Of a DNA stretch of 52,314 bases, positions 8,807-17,960 are shown piece by piece (position 1 is the stretch's first letter; each line of letters opens with the position of its first letter). A program made the position numbers and the translations under genes. Source of the DNA: a virus (lineage: Duplodnaviria > Caudoviricetes); IMG/VR virus record IMGVR_UViG_3300033150_001973, positions 1 to 52,314 of that record. One strand, written 5' to 3'. A model generated the notes under the pieces. It did not search any database. It had not been told where the DNA came from and was given only the letters and a program-made list of their open reading frames with translations.

Positions 8807-9389
8807 AGAAAAATTTGTAAAAATACTTATAGCAGTGGCAGAAATATACAGAATTAAGTTATCTAAACCTATGATTGAACTATATTTTACAACTTTGAAA
8901 GAATATCCAATAGAAAAGATACAGCAAGCATTTGAATTTCATATAAAGAATACAGAAAACGGAGAGTTTTTCCCTAAACCTGCGGATATTATCAAACAGA
9001 TAATAGGGGATGAGAAGGAAAGAGGGCTTGTGGCTTGGGAAAAACTTATGAGAGCAATAAGAAAATATGGATATTATCATTCAGTTATTTTTGATGACCC
9101 TGTGATAGCAATGGTAGTAAATCAACTTGGAGGGTGGTTAAAAGTATCAGAAGTTAAGGTAAGTGAAATAGATAAGTTAAAAAGGGAATTTTTACAGTGG
9201 TATTCATTTTTTGAAAAGCACCCGAGAAAAGTGAACCAAAAATTAGTTGGGTATATAGAAAGTGAGAATTTAAGTAAAGGGTTTAAAGATTTTTTACCAG
9301 AGCCGTTTTTGATAACTGAAATAGAAGAAAAAAGATTAAAAGAAGCAGAAGTGAAAATGTTAATAGGAGGTGAGAGGAATGACAAATAA
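8790..9389 (+). CDS. DUF6475-like / helicase-loader-inhibitor-like protein
   Basis: FFPKPADI, AWEKL..AIRKYG, FDDPVI..VV..LGGW. Confidence 0.75.
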   Translation: MTEKDKEKFVKILIAVAEIYRIKLSKPMIELYFTTLKEYPIEKIQQAFEFHIKNTENGEFFPKPADIIKQIIGDEKERGLVAWEKLMRAIRKYGYYHSVIFDDPVIAMVVNQLGGWLKVSEVKVSEIDKLKREFLQWYSFFEKHPRKVNQKLVGYIESENLSKGFKDFLPEPFLITEIEEKRLKEAEVKMLIGGERNDK

Positions 9390-9576
9390 AAAATTAACAA
9401 TTGAAACAGTAAAAGCAAAGAAAGAAGAGATAGAAGAAAAAATATACAGATGGATAAAAGAATTTGAGGGACAGACACAGTTAGAAGTTGAAAAAATAGA
9501 AATAAAAAGAATATACGATTTGAGTAAAGATAAACGAGTAATAGATAAAATAAATGTAAAATTGGTTATACAATAA
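9379..9576 (+). CDS. Hypothetical protein
   Basis: RBS, overlap coupling. Confidence 0.55.
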   Translation: MTNKKLTIETVKAKKEEIEEKIYRWIKEFEGQTQLEVEKIEIKRIYDLSKDKRVIDKINVKLVIQ

Positions 9577-9599
9577 TGCAATAGTAATAGGAGTGAAAA

Positions 9600-9836
9600 A
9601 TGACAGAAAAAGATATTGAAAAAATAGAAAAAATAATAGACAGTGTCCCAAATCCATATCCAGAAGATTTATTTTCCCCCATTGATAAAAAACTTTTTCC
9701 TCATATTGATAATTATCTACAAAAGCAATTTTCAGTTTCTCTTGCTCGTTTGTCTGGGAATATTGGTCGGTTTGTATTTGAAAATACAAAAAAAGATATT
9801 ATAAAAAAATTAAAAGAAAAATTGGAAGAAGAATAA
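9600..9836 (+). CDS. Hypothetical protein
   Basis: AGGAGTG RBS; NPYPEDLF motif. Confidence 0.6.
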   Translation: MTEKDIEKIEKIIDSVPNPYPEDLFSPIDKKLFPHIDNYLQKQFSVSLARLSGNIGRFVFENTKKDIIKKLKEKLEEE

Positions 9837-9842
9837 AAGGAG

Positions 9843-10121
9843 GTGAGAAAAATGAGAAAAAAGATAAATATTTGTGATTGTTGTGGAAAAGAGACGAAAG
9901 ATTATATGGCAGAGAAAGGATGGATACATATAGATAATTGTGGGCTTATGATTACTGATGGAAGAAAGAGAAACAAAGAAGCAAAATATAAATTTTATTC
10001 ACCTTACATAAAAAGTGACAGTAGTAAAGAATTTGATTTTTGCAGTGAAGAATGTTTTTTAGGATTTCTCAAACTACATTTACAAAAAAGAAGTAAAGAA
10101 AATAAAGGGAGAAAAAGATGA
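9843..10121 (+). CDS. Zinc-finger protein (start 9843 or 9852)
   Basis: CDCCG...DFCSEEC. Confidence 0.6.
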   Translation: MRKMRKKINICDCCGKETKDYMAEKGWIHIDNCGLMITDGRKRNKEAKYKFYSPYIKSDSSKEFDFCSEECFLGFLKLHLQKRSKENKGRKR

Positions 10122-10609
10122 AAGCAGTGATAACAAAAGTAGAAAAGAAATCTTCTCTTTACGGCGGAAATTGCTATCTCATAACCTTTAAATCAGATGA
10201 GGGAAAGAGTTATAGAACCTGGATATATGAAAACTGTGGTAATTACAAAAGATGGGCAAAAATTATTGAGTTAGGAGTAGGGACAGTTGTAAAAGGGCTT
10301 GTAGTAAAGGGGAAAAGGTTAATAGATGGAGATAGTTTTGTAGAGATAGTTGAAAAAGTAGAAAAACCTATACCACTTGAAAAACTTAAACCAAATTGGA
10401 AAGTTTTGAAAATTAAGAGTTTGCTTTTTGATGATTACTTTTATATTGTGAGAGAAAAATTGAATAGACACTTTTCTTACCCTATTTATACTTTGAGAGA
10501 AGTCAAAACAATAGTGAAAATTTTTTCAAAAGAGGAGTTGATAAGTTACCATAAAATCAAAAAAGAGTTCAATGGTGAATTTTTACAAGGAGGGAAAAAT
10601 GGCAACTGA
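10118..10609 (+). CDS. Hypothetical two-domain protein (possible OB-fold N-terminus)
   Basis: Beta-rich N-terminal half; ATGA overlap. Confidence 0.5.
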   Translation: MKAVITKVEKKSSLYGGNCYLITFKSDEGKSYRTWIYENCGNYKRWAKIIELGVGTVVKGLVVKGKRLIDGDSFVEIVEKVEKPIPLEKLKPNWKVLKIKSLLFDDYFYIVREKLNRHFSYPIYTLREVKTIVKIFSKEELISYHKIKKEFNGEFLQGGKNGN

Positions 10610-11057
10610 ATTTAAAACAGTTGTAGATAAAAAACCTGAAGCAGAATTTAAAACTGAATTAAGAAAATTTACTGATTGTTTAAGTTTTTCTCATTATATT
10701 TTTTATGACAGAGAACTAACGAGAGATAATATAACTGATACAATTTTTGATGTTGTGAAATTACTTTTAAAAGAATACTCAATAAAAATATCAGATGTGA
10801 ACTTTTTAATAACTTATGAAGGGGAAGTTTCTATATGTGAAATATCAGGAAGGTTTGACCCGTTTGAATGGATTACCAAGAAGTCAATAGGTCAAGATTA
10901 TGATGAGTATTGGAAGAGATTATTTTTACTTATTTACGAATATGCTGTGAGTGTAGAAGTATTGAAAAGAGTATTCCCAGAGAAAAAAGAAGTATATAGT
11001 GCTTCTACGATAACTTTTTATAAAATAATAGAAAGAGGAGAAACAAATGGCAACTAA
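10599..11057 (+). CDS. Hypothetical protein
   Basis: AGGAGGG RBS before ATG 10599. Confidence 0.6.
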   Translation: MATEFKTVVDKKPEAEFKTELRKFTDCLSFSHYIFYDRELTRDNITDTIFDVVKLLLKEYSIKISDVNFLITYEGEVSICEISGRFDPFEWITKKSIGQDYDEYWKRLFLLIYEYAVSVEVLKRVFPEKKEVYSASTITFYKIIERGETNGN

Positions 11058-11220
11058 AACAATTCGTTGTCTTGTGTGTGAAAGACCAATGGAAGTTGAT
11101 GAAAAGAAGAAATACGGGATGTGTTGGAAGTGTGTAGAAGAAGGAAGATTTGATGAATATAGGGAAAAGAAAAGAATGATAAAAAGAAAAAGGAGGAGTA
11201 AAAGTGTTGACACTACATAA
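11047..11220 (+). CDS. Small zinc-finger protein (57 aa, not in ORF track)
   Basis: CLVC...CWKC; GAGGAG RBS. Confidence 0.65.
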   Translation: MATKTIRCLVCERPMEVDEKKKYGMCWKCVEEGRFDEYREKKRMIKRKRRSKSVDTT

Positions 11221-11234
11221 AAGAAAGGTATAAT
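11207..11234 (+). promoter_or_regulatory. Sigma70 promoter for RHH-tnpB
   Basis: TTGACA-16-TATAAT. Confidence 0.65.
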
Positions 11235-11257
11235 ATATATAAAAAAGAGGTAGAGAA

Positions 11258-11407
11258 ATGGAAAAAATAAAACTAAATTTCTTTATCAGTAAAGAGTTAA
11301 AAGATAAATTGAAGGAAAAGGCAGAAAAAGAAGGCAGAACTGTAAGTGATTTAATTAGACAGGCAATAATAGAGTTTTTAAGAAAAGAAAAAGATGAGAA
11401 CTTATAA
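11258..11407 (+). CDS. Ribbon-helix-helix (CopG-like) regulator (49 aa, not in ORF track)
   Basis: KLNFFISKELKDKLKEKAEKEGRTVSDLIRQAIIEFL. Confidence 0.85.
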   Translation: MEKIKLNFFISKELKDKLKEKAEKEGRTVSDLIRQAIIEFLRKEKDENL

Positions 11408-12530
11408 ACTCAGATTATATCCAAGTAAGAAAGTAGAGGAGATATTAAATAAGCATTTAGAATTGTGCAGATTTACTTATAATAAATTGTTAGAAATTTT
11501 GAAGGAAGAAAAAGATAAAAAGTTAAAACCAAAGGATACTTCTGCACTTTTACCAGAACTTAAAAAACAATATCCAGAATTAAAACAAGTTTATGCAAAA
11601 GTATTACAAGAAGTAAATCAACAATTATGGGGAAATATACTTGGACTTTATAAAAGGAAGAAAAATGGAGCAAGGATAGGGAAGTTGAGATATAAAGGAG
11701 AAAACAGGTGGAAAATACTAAATTATAACCAAGAAGGATTTAAAATAATAAGAACAGGGAAAAGATTGGACTTGTTGAGATTATCAAAAATAGGAGAAAT
11801 ACCAATAAGAATACACAGAGAAATAGATGGAAAAATAAAAGGGATAATTATAAAAAGGTATTCTTCTGGTAGATGGTATGCATTAGTTCAAATAGAGAAT
11901 ACACTACAACCACTACTCAAAACAGGAAAAGCAATAGGAATAGATGTAGGAATTAAACACTTCCTAACTGATAGTGAAGGAAGACAAATAGAAAATCCTG
12001 AATTCTACCAAAAAACTTTGGATAGAATAAAGGTAATGCATAAATCACTATCAAGAAAAAAGAAGGGGTCTAATAACTGGGAGAAATGGAAAAAGAAATT
12101 AGCAAAACTATATGAAAAACTAACCAATCAAAGAGACGATTTTCTACATAAACTTTCAAGGTTCTATGTAAATAACTATGACACAATAGCAGTAGAGAAA
12201 TTAACAATAGAAAATATGGTAAGAAATCATCATCTTGCTGGAAAAATATTAGACGCTTCCTGGGATAAATTCTTTCAGTATTTATCTTACAAAGCGGAGG
12301 ATGCTGGTAGAGAAATACTGGAAGTAAACCCAAGAGGCACAAGTGAAGGATTAACCTGGCAACAGGAAGACAGAGATTACATTTCAGCAAACAGAATACT
12401 ATATCGGGGGCTGGGACAGTCCTGTCTGCTTGTGGAGAGGAAGCCACTATCCCTGATTACTGCTTATGCAGTAATTAGCGGACAAGTTTCCTCAATGAAG
12501 CAGGAAGCCACTTCCGAGAGGGAGTGGTAG
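11394..12530 (+). CDS. tnpB: RNA-guided endonuclease TnpB lacking the Zn ribbon
   Basis: YKLRLYP, GIDVG (RuvC-I), VEKL (RuvC-II), DRD (RuvC-III). Confidence 0.93.
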   Translation: MRTYKLRLYPSKKVEEILNKHLELCRFTYNKLLEILKEEKDKKLKPKDTSALLPELKKQYPELKQVYAKVLQEVNQQLWGNILGLYKRKKNGARIGKLRYKGENRWKILNYNQEGFKIIRTGKRLDLLRLSKIGEIPIRIHREIDGKIKGIIIKRYSSGRWYALVQIENTLQPLLKTGKAIGIDVGIKHFLTDSEGRQIENPEFYQKTLDRIKVMHKSLSRKKKGSNNWEKWKKKLAKLYEKLTNQRDDFLHKLSRFYVNNYDTIAVEKLTIENMVRNHHLAGKILDASWDKFFQYLSYKAEDAGREILEVNPRGTSEGLTWQQEDRDYISANRILYRGLGQSCLLVERKPLSLITAYAVISGQVSSMKQEATSEREW

Positions 12531-12555
12531 TTCAAGGGGTGAATATTATAAATGT
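12405..12555 (+). ncRNA. Putative TnpB omegaRNA (scaffold plus ~20-nt guide)
   Basis: GC-richer structured 3' end of tnpB (e.g. ATTACTGC-TTAT-GCAGTAAT hairpin and right-end hairpin); guide inferred from about 12536. Confidence 0.7.
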
Positions 12556-12690
12556 GAGGAAGGAGAAATTATTGTTTTGACAGATGACTTAAAAGTGGTT
12601 ATAGAAATCATTAGAGAAGACACAATTAAGGAGATAAAGAGGATTGGTGTAGGTTTTTGTTTGCCCTCAGATAAAAAAGGTAAAAAATAA
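12536..12690 (+). pseudogene. Startless 3' remnant of a gene, probably interrupted by the tnpB element
   Basis: Open frame GEYYKCEEGEII...KKGKK* with no in-frame start upstream. Confidence 0.45.
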
Positions 12691-12693
12691 AAA

Positions 12694-13491
12694 ATGGATT
12701 GGAAAGATAAGTTTCCAAAAGAGAATAGATATTATGAAGAAGATGATGGAATTTTATATTGTGGAGATTGTTTAGATATTTTACCTAAATTTCCAAATGA
12801 AAGTGTAAATTTAATTTTGATAGACCCACCATATATGATAAGTCAAGAAGGAAATAAAATTGTAAGAAATTTTAAACACTATAAATGGAATAGACAAAGT
12901 GATATTGGTTTAGATTTTGGAGATTGGGATAGAAAGTGGAATGATTTAAAAGATTATTTTGGTTGGGTAGAGAACTGGTTTGGAAATTTAGTAAGAATAG
13001 CAGGTAGAGGCAGTTGGTTTTATATCTTTTTTGATAAACAGAAAATAGGGATTTTTGACTTATACCTTGCTCCAAAATATAATTTGAAATCCAGAACAAT
13101 TTATGTATGGATAAAAAGTAATCCAGTCCCATCTTTTAGAAAAGTTAATTGGAATTCTGGAACAGAATTTATTTGGGTTGGTAGTAAAGGCAAAAGTAAA
13201 TTAAAAAACTTCTTAGAACAGAAGTATATGTCAAACTATATGATAACTTCAAATGCAAGTATTTATAAAGAAACAGAACATTCAACTGAAAAATCATTAA
13301 AATTGATTGAACATCTAATATTAGTAAACTCTTATGAGAATGAAATAGTATTAGATTGTTTTTCAGGTTCAGGGACTACATTAGTTGCTTGTGAGAAATT
13401 GAATAGAAGATGGATAGGAATTGAGAAGGAAGAAGATTATTGTAAAATAGCGAAAAAAAGATTAACAAATACCCCAGAACCTTTATTGTAG
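12694..13491 (+). CDS. N4/N6 DNA methyltransferase (beta class)
   Basis: DPPY, HSTEK, VLDCFSGSGTT, WIGIE. Confidence 0.93.
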   Translation: MDWKDKFPKENRYYEEDDGILYCGDCLDILPKFPNESVNLILIDPPYMISQEGNKIVRNFKHYKWNRQSDIGLDFGDWDRKWNDLKDYFGWVENWFGNLVRIAGRGSWFYIFFDKQKIGIFDLYLAPKYNLKSRTIYVWIKSNPVPSFRKVNWNSGTEFIWVGSKGKSKLKNFLEQKYMSNYMITSNASIYKETEHSTEKSLKLIEHLILVNSYENEIVLDCFSGSGTTLVACEKLNRRWIGIEKEEDYCKIAKKRLTNTPEPLL

Positions 13492-13500
13492 GATAAAAAA

Positions 13501-14334
13501 ATGAGTTGGAAAGATAATTTACCAAAAGAAAACATATATTACAAAGAGGAAAGTGGTATTTTGTATTGTGCTGACTGTGTAAAATTATTGAAAAAATTTC
13601 CAGACGATACAATAGATTTAGTAATCACCTCTCCCCCGTATAATCTTGGAATTAAATACGACACAAAGTTTAATGTAGGAGAGATGGATGGAGAGGAAAT
13701 TTGTGATTATATGGATTGGGATGACTATTACAACTGGTGTTCTAGATGGTTAAAAGAGATATATAGAATATTAAAGCCAGATGGAAGATTTTGCTTAAAC
13801 CATTATTTCTCTTGTGGCGGTGGAAGAAGAAAAATAAGGGTCTCTCCCTTAATGGATTTAAACTGGATTGCAACAAGAGAGATAGGATTTAAACATCACG
13901 GAGTTGCCTTTTGGTTAGATAGGACATTGAAAAAAAGAACTGCCTGGGGTTCTTGGTTAAATCCTCGCTCTTTATATATTAACTCTCCTTTAGAAGGCAT
14001 ACTCATTCTATATAAAGAAAAATGGGAAAAAGAAAGAGAAGGAGTAACAACAATAACAAAAGAAGATTTTATGATGGGCTGTTCTGGACTTTGGGAAATG
14101 CAACCAGAAAATAGGAAACTTAATCCTGCTCCTTTTCCAGAAAAATTACCAGAGTTATGTGTAAATTTATTTAGTTTTAAAGAAGATATTGTTTTAGACC
14201 CATTTCTAGGGAGTGGAACAACTGCTGTGGTTTGTAAAAAGTTAGAAAGAAGGTGGGTTGGAGTAGAAATCAGTGAAAATTACTGTAGAATAGCAAAGGA
14301 AAGAATAGGACAGATAAATGAATTACCTTTTTAA
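13501..14334 (+). CDS. N4-cytosine-type DNA methyltransferase (beta class)
   Basis: SPPY, PAPFP, VLDPFLGSGTT; N-terminus paralogous to the upstream MTase. Confidence 0.93.
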   Translation: MSWKDNLPKENIYYKEESGILYCADCVKLLKKFPDDTIDLVITSPPYNLGIKYDTKFNVGEMDGEEICDYMDWDDYYNWCSRWLKEIYRILKPDGRFCLNHYFSCGGGRRKIRVSPLMDLNWIATREIGFKHHGVAFWLDRTLKKRTAWGSWLNPRSLYINSPLEGILILYKEKWEKEREGVTTITKEDFMMGCSGLWEMQPENRKLNPAPFPEKLPELCVNLFSFKEDIVLDPFLGSGTTAVVCKKLERRWVGVEISENYCRIAKERIGQINELPF

Positions 14335-14349
14335 AAAAAGGAGGTGAAA

Positions 14350-14469
14350 GTGGATACTTTAATTTTATTCTTTTTGTTGATAATCTATGGGGTCTGCTGG
14401 ATGCTGGGAGGATACTACATAGGAGAAGGACAGTGGCTAAAAGAAAATGAGAAAAAGGAGGAAGAATGA
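14350..14469 (+). CDS. Small membrane peptide (39 aa)
   Basis: GGAGGTG RBS, GTG start, one TM segment. Confidence 0.5.
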   Translation: MDTLILFFLLIIYGVCWMLGGYYIGEGQWLKENEKKEEE

Positions 14470-16631
14470 AAATATTATTATTTTCTCCTATCTATCATAA
14501 ACGAAAAGAAGAGGGGATTACTCATATCAAAAAAATATATAATCAAATTACTAAAAATCTATCTAATGTTAAAGTAGATATTTTTTATATTACAGATGAC
14601 CCTTATGATAATATTTTCCTCAATCTTGCTTACAAATGGAATTTAGTGAAAGAGAAAGTAAGTAGAGAAAATTATGATTATGTTTTATGTATAGAGGAAG
14701 ATGTTTATCCCCCAAAAGATATTTTAAAGAAAATGCTTTCTGCTGTTAAGAAATATAATTACGAAATTATCTCTGGTTTATACAAATTCAGAGATGGGGA
14801 ATGGAAAGATGAGTATATGATTTTTAAAAACAATGTTCCTATAAAAGAGGGTATTCACTTTAAAAAAGGTGATATTATAGAAGTTGATAGAATACCTTTT
14901 GGTTGTTTATTTTTACATAGAGAAGTAGTTGAAAAAATTATGGGAAATTTAGATATTGGTGGAGACGCTACTTTTAATAATCTGGCTAAACTTCATAATT
15001 ACACTTTATATGCTCATACAGGAATAATATGTGAACATTATAAAACTTCTACTGTTCAAAAAGAAAATAAACCACCTAAAATAAAAAAGAAAGAATTATT
15101 TAATTACTCATTGACAATATCAGTTGCAACTTATAATTTCCCAAAGATAGAGCAGTTAATAAATGATATAATAAAACATACAAAATCAAAGTGGCAGTTA
15201 ATTATTACTGATAACAATTCTGATAAAAAATATCAAAGAACATTAAAGAAAATACAACACAAATATAAAAAAAGAGCAAATATAATTTTTAAGTTTAATA
15301 AATCAAATAAAGGGTATCTTTCTGTGCATAATAAAATTGCTGAAAAGGTTAAAACTGATTTTTTATGTATAATCAATGATGATATAGAAATAAAAGAAGA
15401 TGGATGGGATATTAAATGTATTGAAAAATTTTTGGAAAATGAAAATCTTGCTCAAGTTGGAATACAAGGTATGTGTAATTATATTAGCAAAGATGGAATA
15501 GGAGTGATACATAACGGAGAACCAGAATACATAGAAGGAGCATTTATATTTATGCCTGTCCGAATTGTAAAAGATTTTATAAAGATAAATGGAAGTTTAT
15601 TTGACAAGAATTTAAAGTTTATGTATTATGAAGATAGTATATTATCATTGAAATTACGAAGACAAGGATATAAGATTATGTCTATACCATTAGAAATTTA
15701 CCATAAGAGAATACAAAGAGAAGTAAAACCAGAATTAGAAGATATCATAGAAACAGCAAAAGCATTTAATAAATTGGTATTCTTAAAGGAATTTGACTAC
15801 TATCTTAAAACACGTCAACTATATAGAAAGATATTATTTATAAGAGATGAGGGATATGGAGATGTTCTTTTTCTTACACCTTTTATTAAAGCATTAAAAC
15901 AGAAAAACCCATATTTTAACATTTTTGTTAAAACCAAATGTGGAGAAATTCTACAAAATAACCCGTTTATAGAAAGAATAATTAAACCAGAAGAAAGTAT
16001 TGATTATAATGATTTTGACTTTATTTATGATTTTAATCTTGCCTATGAATTGTCTCCTAAAAGAAATATTTTAGAAGCATATAACAAAGTTTTACCTATA
16101 GAAATTGAGCCAAAACTTGAGTTTTACCCTTCTAAAAACACAAATTGTGTGTGGAATACTTCAAAAATAAAACTTTTACTTGATGATACACCAACTTGGA
16201 ATATAAGAAGTTGGAAAAAGTTTGATGAATTAGAGAATTTAATAAATAAGAAAAAATATGATGTAGTTAGAGTGAGAAGTTTACCACGAAATTTTGATGT
16301 TATTGCTCATTATATTTTAGAAAGTGATATGTTTATTACTTGTGATAAAGTATATTTTCATATTTCACAAGCATTAAATAAACAATCTATTTCTATATGG
16401 GGAGGAACAAATCCTGAATATAGAATTACAAATAGAAAGAAAACAATAATTGTAAAGAAAAACCTCACTTGTTCTGGCTGTTTACACCTACACCCACCAC
16501 CAGTAAAATACGCAGATTGTTTGCTTCCTAATGGAAAAAAATATTTATGCTTAAATTCAATTACTGCTGAGGAAGTTTATGAAATAATTGAGAAATATTT
16601 TTCAAAAAAGAAAAAAAGGAGAAGAAAGTGA
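14466..16631 (+). CDS. Multidomain glycosyltransferase (GT2-GT2-GT9-like)
   Basis: CIEEDV and FGCL (GT-A 1); ITDNNS, N.G, INDD, YYED (GT-A 2); GYGDVL, LQNNP, IWGGT, CxxC..C..C (GT9-like). Confidence 0.85.
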   Translation: MKILLFSPIYHKRKEEGITHIKKIYNQITKNLSNVKVDIFYITDDPYDNIFLNLAYKWNLVKEKVSRENYDYVLCIEEDVYPPKDILKKMLSAVKKYNYEIISGLYKFRDGEWKDEYMIFKNNVPIKEGIHFKKGDIIEVDRIPFGCLFLHREVVEKIMGNLDIGGDATFNNLAKLHNYTLYAHTGIICEHYKTSTVQKENKPPKIKKKELFNYSLTISVATYNFPKIEQLINDIIKHTKSKWQLIITDNNSDKKYQRTLKKIQHKYKKRANIIFKFNKSNKGYLSVHNKIAEKVKTDFLCIINDDIEIKEDGWDIKCIEKFLENENLAQVGIQGMCNYISKDGIGVIHNGEPEYIEGAFIFMPVRIVKDFIKINGSLFDKNLKFMYYEDSILSLKLRRQGYKIMSIPLEIYHKRIQREVKPELEDIIETAKAFNKLVFLKEFDYYLKTRQLYRKILFIRDEGYGDVLFLTPFIKALKQKNPYFNIFVKTKCGEILQNNPFIERIIKPEESIDYNDFDFIYDFNLAYELSPKRNILEAYNKVLPIEIEPKLEFYPSKNTNCVWNTSKIKLLLDDTPTWNIRSWKKFDELENLINKKKYDVVRVRSLPRNFDVIAHYILESDMFITCDKVYFHISQALNKQSISIWGGTNPEYRITNRKKTIIVKKNLTCSGCLHLHPPPVKYADCLLPNGKKYLCLNSITAEEVYEIIEKYFSKKKKRRRK

Positions 16632-17782
16632 ATAAAGAGTATTTTGATGAAGAATTTTTTAGAGGGAAGACAGGTAAAAAGGGTGGTAAAAGAGTAGGAA
16701 CTCCAGACAATCTTGGAATACTTTTTGGAGTAGCACAGAATATAAGTAAAACATTTAAAAAAAATTATTCGGTATATGAGGCAGGAGCAGGTGTAGGTTG
16801 GTTATCAAAGTTCTTAAAAGATTTTGGCTTTCAAGTTGTTAGTTCTGATGTTTCAGAATGGGCAAGTCAAAATTCTAAAAGAATAACAGGAGTAGATGTT
16901 TATCAGGCGGATGTTAGAGAAATTATGAAAAAAGAACCAGAAAATAAGTATGATTTAGTAGTTGCGTGGAATGTTTTAGGATACTTAAGACCTCAATCTA
17001 TTGAAAAAGCGTTGCATAATTTAAGATGTATTTCTCGGGAATATATAGTTTTATCAATTGTTGTAAAGGAAATTTTAGATAAAAGACCACACGGGAGAAT
17101 TGGGAGAAAAACTATTAAACCAAGAAAATGGTGGTATGAAAAATTTAAAAAAGTTGGGTTAGAAGTTGATAGAGAAAAAATGGGAGAATTTTGTTTTTAT
17201 TTTAAGGAAGACCCAGAAAATACAGGTGCTTTTGTATTGAAGAAAAAGTTTTCAACAGAAATAGAAGATAGTTCAGATAATCCAATAGTTAAAAATGACA
17301 CAAATTTTTATATCAATATATTGAAGTTAAAACACGATACTGTCTTAGAAGTTGGATGTGGATATGGATATACTGTAGCAAATATGGGAAAAAGAGGGAT
17401 AAATGCTTTTGGATTAGAAATTGATAAAGACATAATAATGAATTCTCCAAACAAAGAACATATTTTTTATGGCTCAGCAAATAATATGCCTTTTTCTGAT
17501 AACTCTTTTGATTGGATAATAGCAAAAAGTGTTTTAGAACACATCTATAAAGAGGAAGAAGTTATAAAAGAGTTTTCACGAGTAGCGAAAAAAGGTGTTT
17601 ATGCTTTAATTTGTTTAGAAAAAAGGAATGACCCTACACATATAAATATAAAGACCAGAAGACAATGGATTAAAAAATTTGAAAAATACGGTTTTAAAGA
17701 AGTTTCAGATAAGTATAACTTACCAGAAATGCCTAAAAAGCAAAGAGAAGAAATTTTCATTTTTTTAAAGGATTTTTTATAA
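16628..17782 (+). CDS. Tandem class I SAM-dependent methyltransferase (two domains)
   Basis: YEAGAGVG and LEVGCGYG motifs; PFSDNSFD, VLEH, DPTH. Confidence 0.85.
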   Translation: MNKEYFDEEFFRGKTGKKGGKRVGTPDNLGILFGVAQNISKTFKKNYSVYEAGAGVGWLSKFLKDFGFQVVSSDVSEWASQNSKRITGVDVYQADVREIMKKEPENKYDLVVAWNVLGYLRPQSIEKALHNLRCISREYIVLSIVVKEILDKRPHGRIGRKTIKPRKWWYEKFKKVGLEVDREKMGEFCFYFKEDPENTGAFVLKKKFSTEIEDSSDNPIVKNDTNFYINILKLKHDTVLEVGCGYGYTVANMGKRGINAFGLEIDKDIIMNSPNKEHIFYGSANNMPFSDNSFDWIIAKSVLEHIYKEEEVIKEFSRVAKKGVYALICLEKRNDPTHINIKTRRQWIKKFEKYGFKEVSDKYNLPEMPKKQREEIFIFLKDFL

Positions 17783-17951
17783 TAAATGTTTTTCTCTGAT
17801 GTTTTGTAGGAATGTATTTGAATGCTTCGTATATTTTCCCTCTACCACCACATAAACCACATCTTACTCTTTCAGTATCCTTTTTATCCCTTACCCAACC
17901 CCGACCTCCACACGCAGGACAAGTTTGTTCTTTATATTTTATATCAGCCAT
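17757..17951 (-). CDS. DnaJ-type zinc-finger protein
   Basis: CPACGGRG...CGLCGGRG; AGGAGGGG RBS. Confidence 0.7.
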   Translation of the reverse strand: MADIKYKEQTCPACGGRGWVRDKKDTERVRCGLCGGRGKIYEAFKYIPTKHQRKTFIIKNPLKK

Positions 17952-17960
17952 TTTCCCCTC

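Larger units (their letters stand above)
11211..12535 (+). mobile_element. Non-autonomous IS200/IS605-family (IS1341-type) element, RHH + tnpB
   Basis: tnpB without tnpA; right-end hairpin CCACTTCC-GAGA-GGGAGTGG followed by TAGTTCAA; left boundary inferred only. Confidence 0.6.

Noticed and set aside
12536-12555. Self-targeting of the TnpB guide within this genome
   Set aside because: Only short RBS-like partial matches (GGGGTGA) were found by eye; no full match
10572-14334. IGQ/LGQ occurrences in early proteins (SIGQD, GLGQS in TnpB, RIGQI in the MTase)
   Set aside because: Treated as background; they are isolated, not in virion proteins, and the TnpB copy is constrained by the omegaRNA
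12694-14334. Complete restriction-modification system
   Set aside because: No endonuclease gene adjacent; orphan MTases are typical anti-restriction genes
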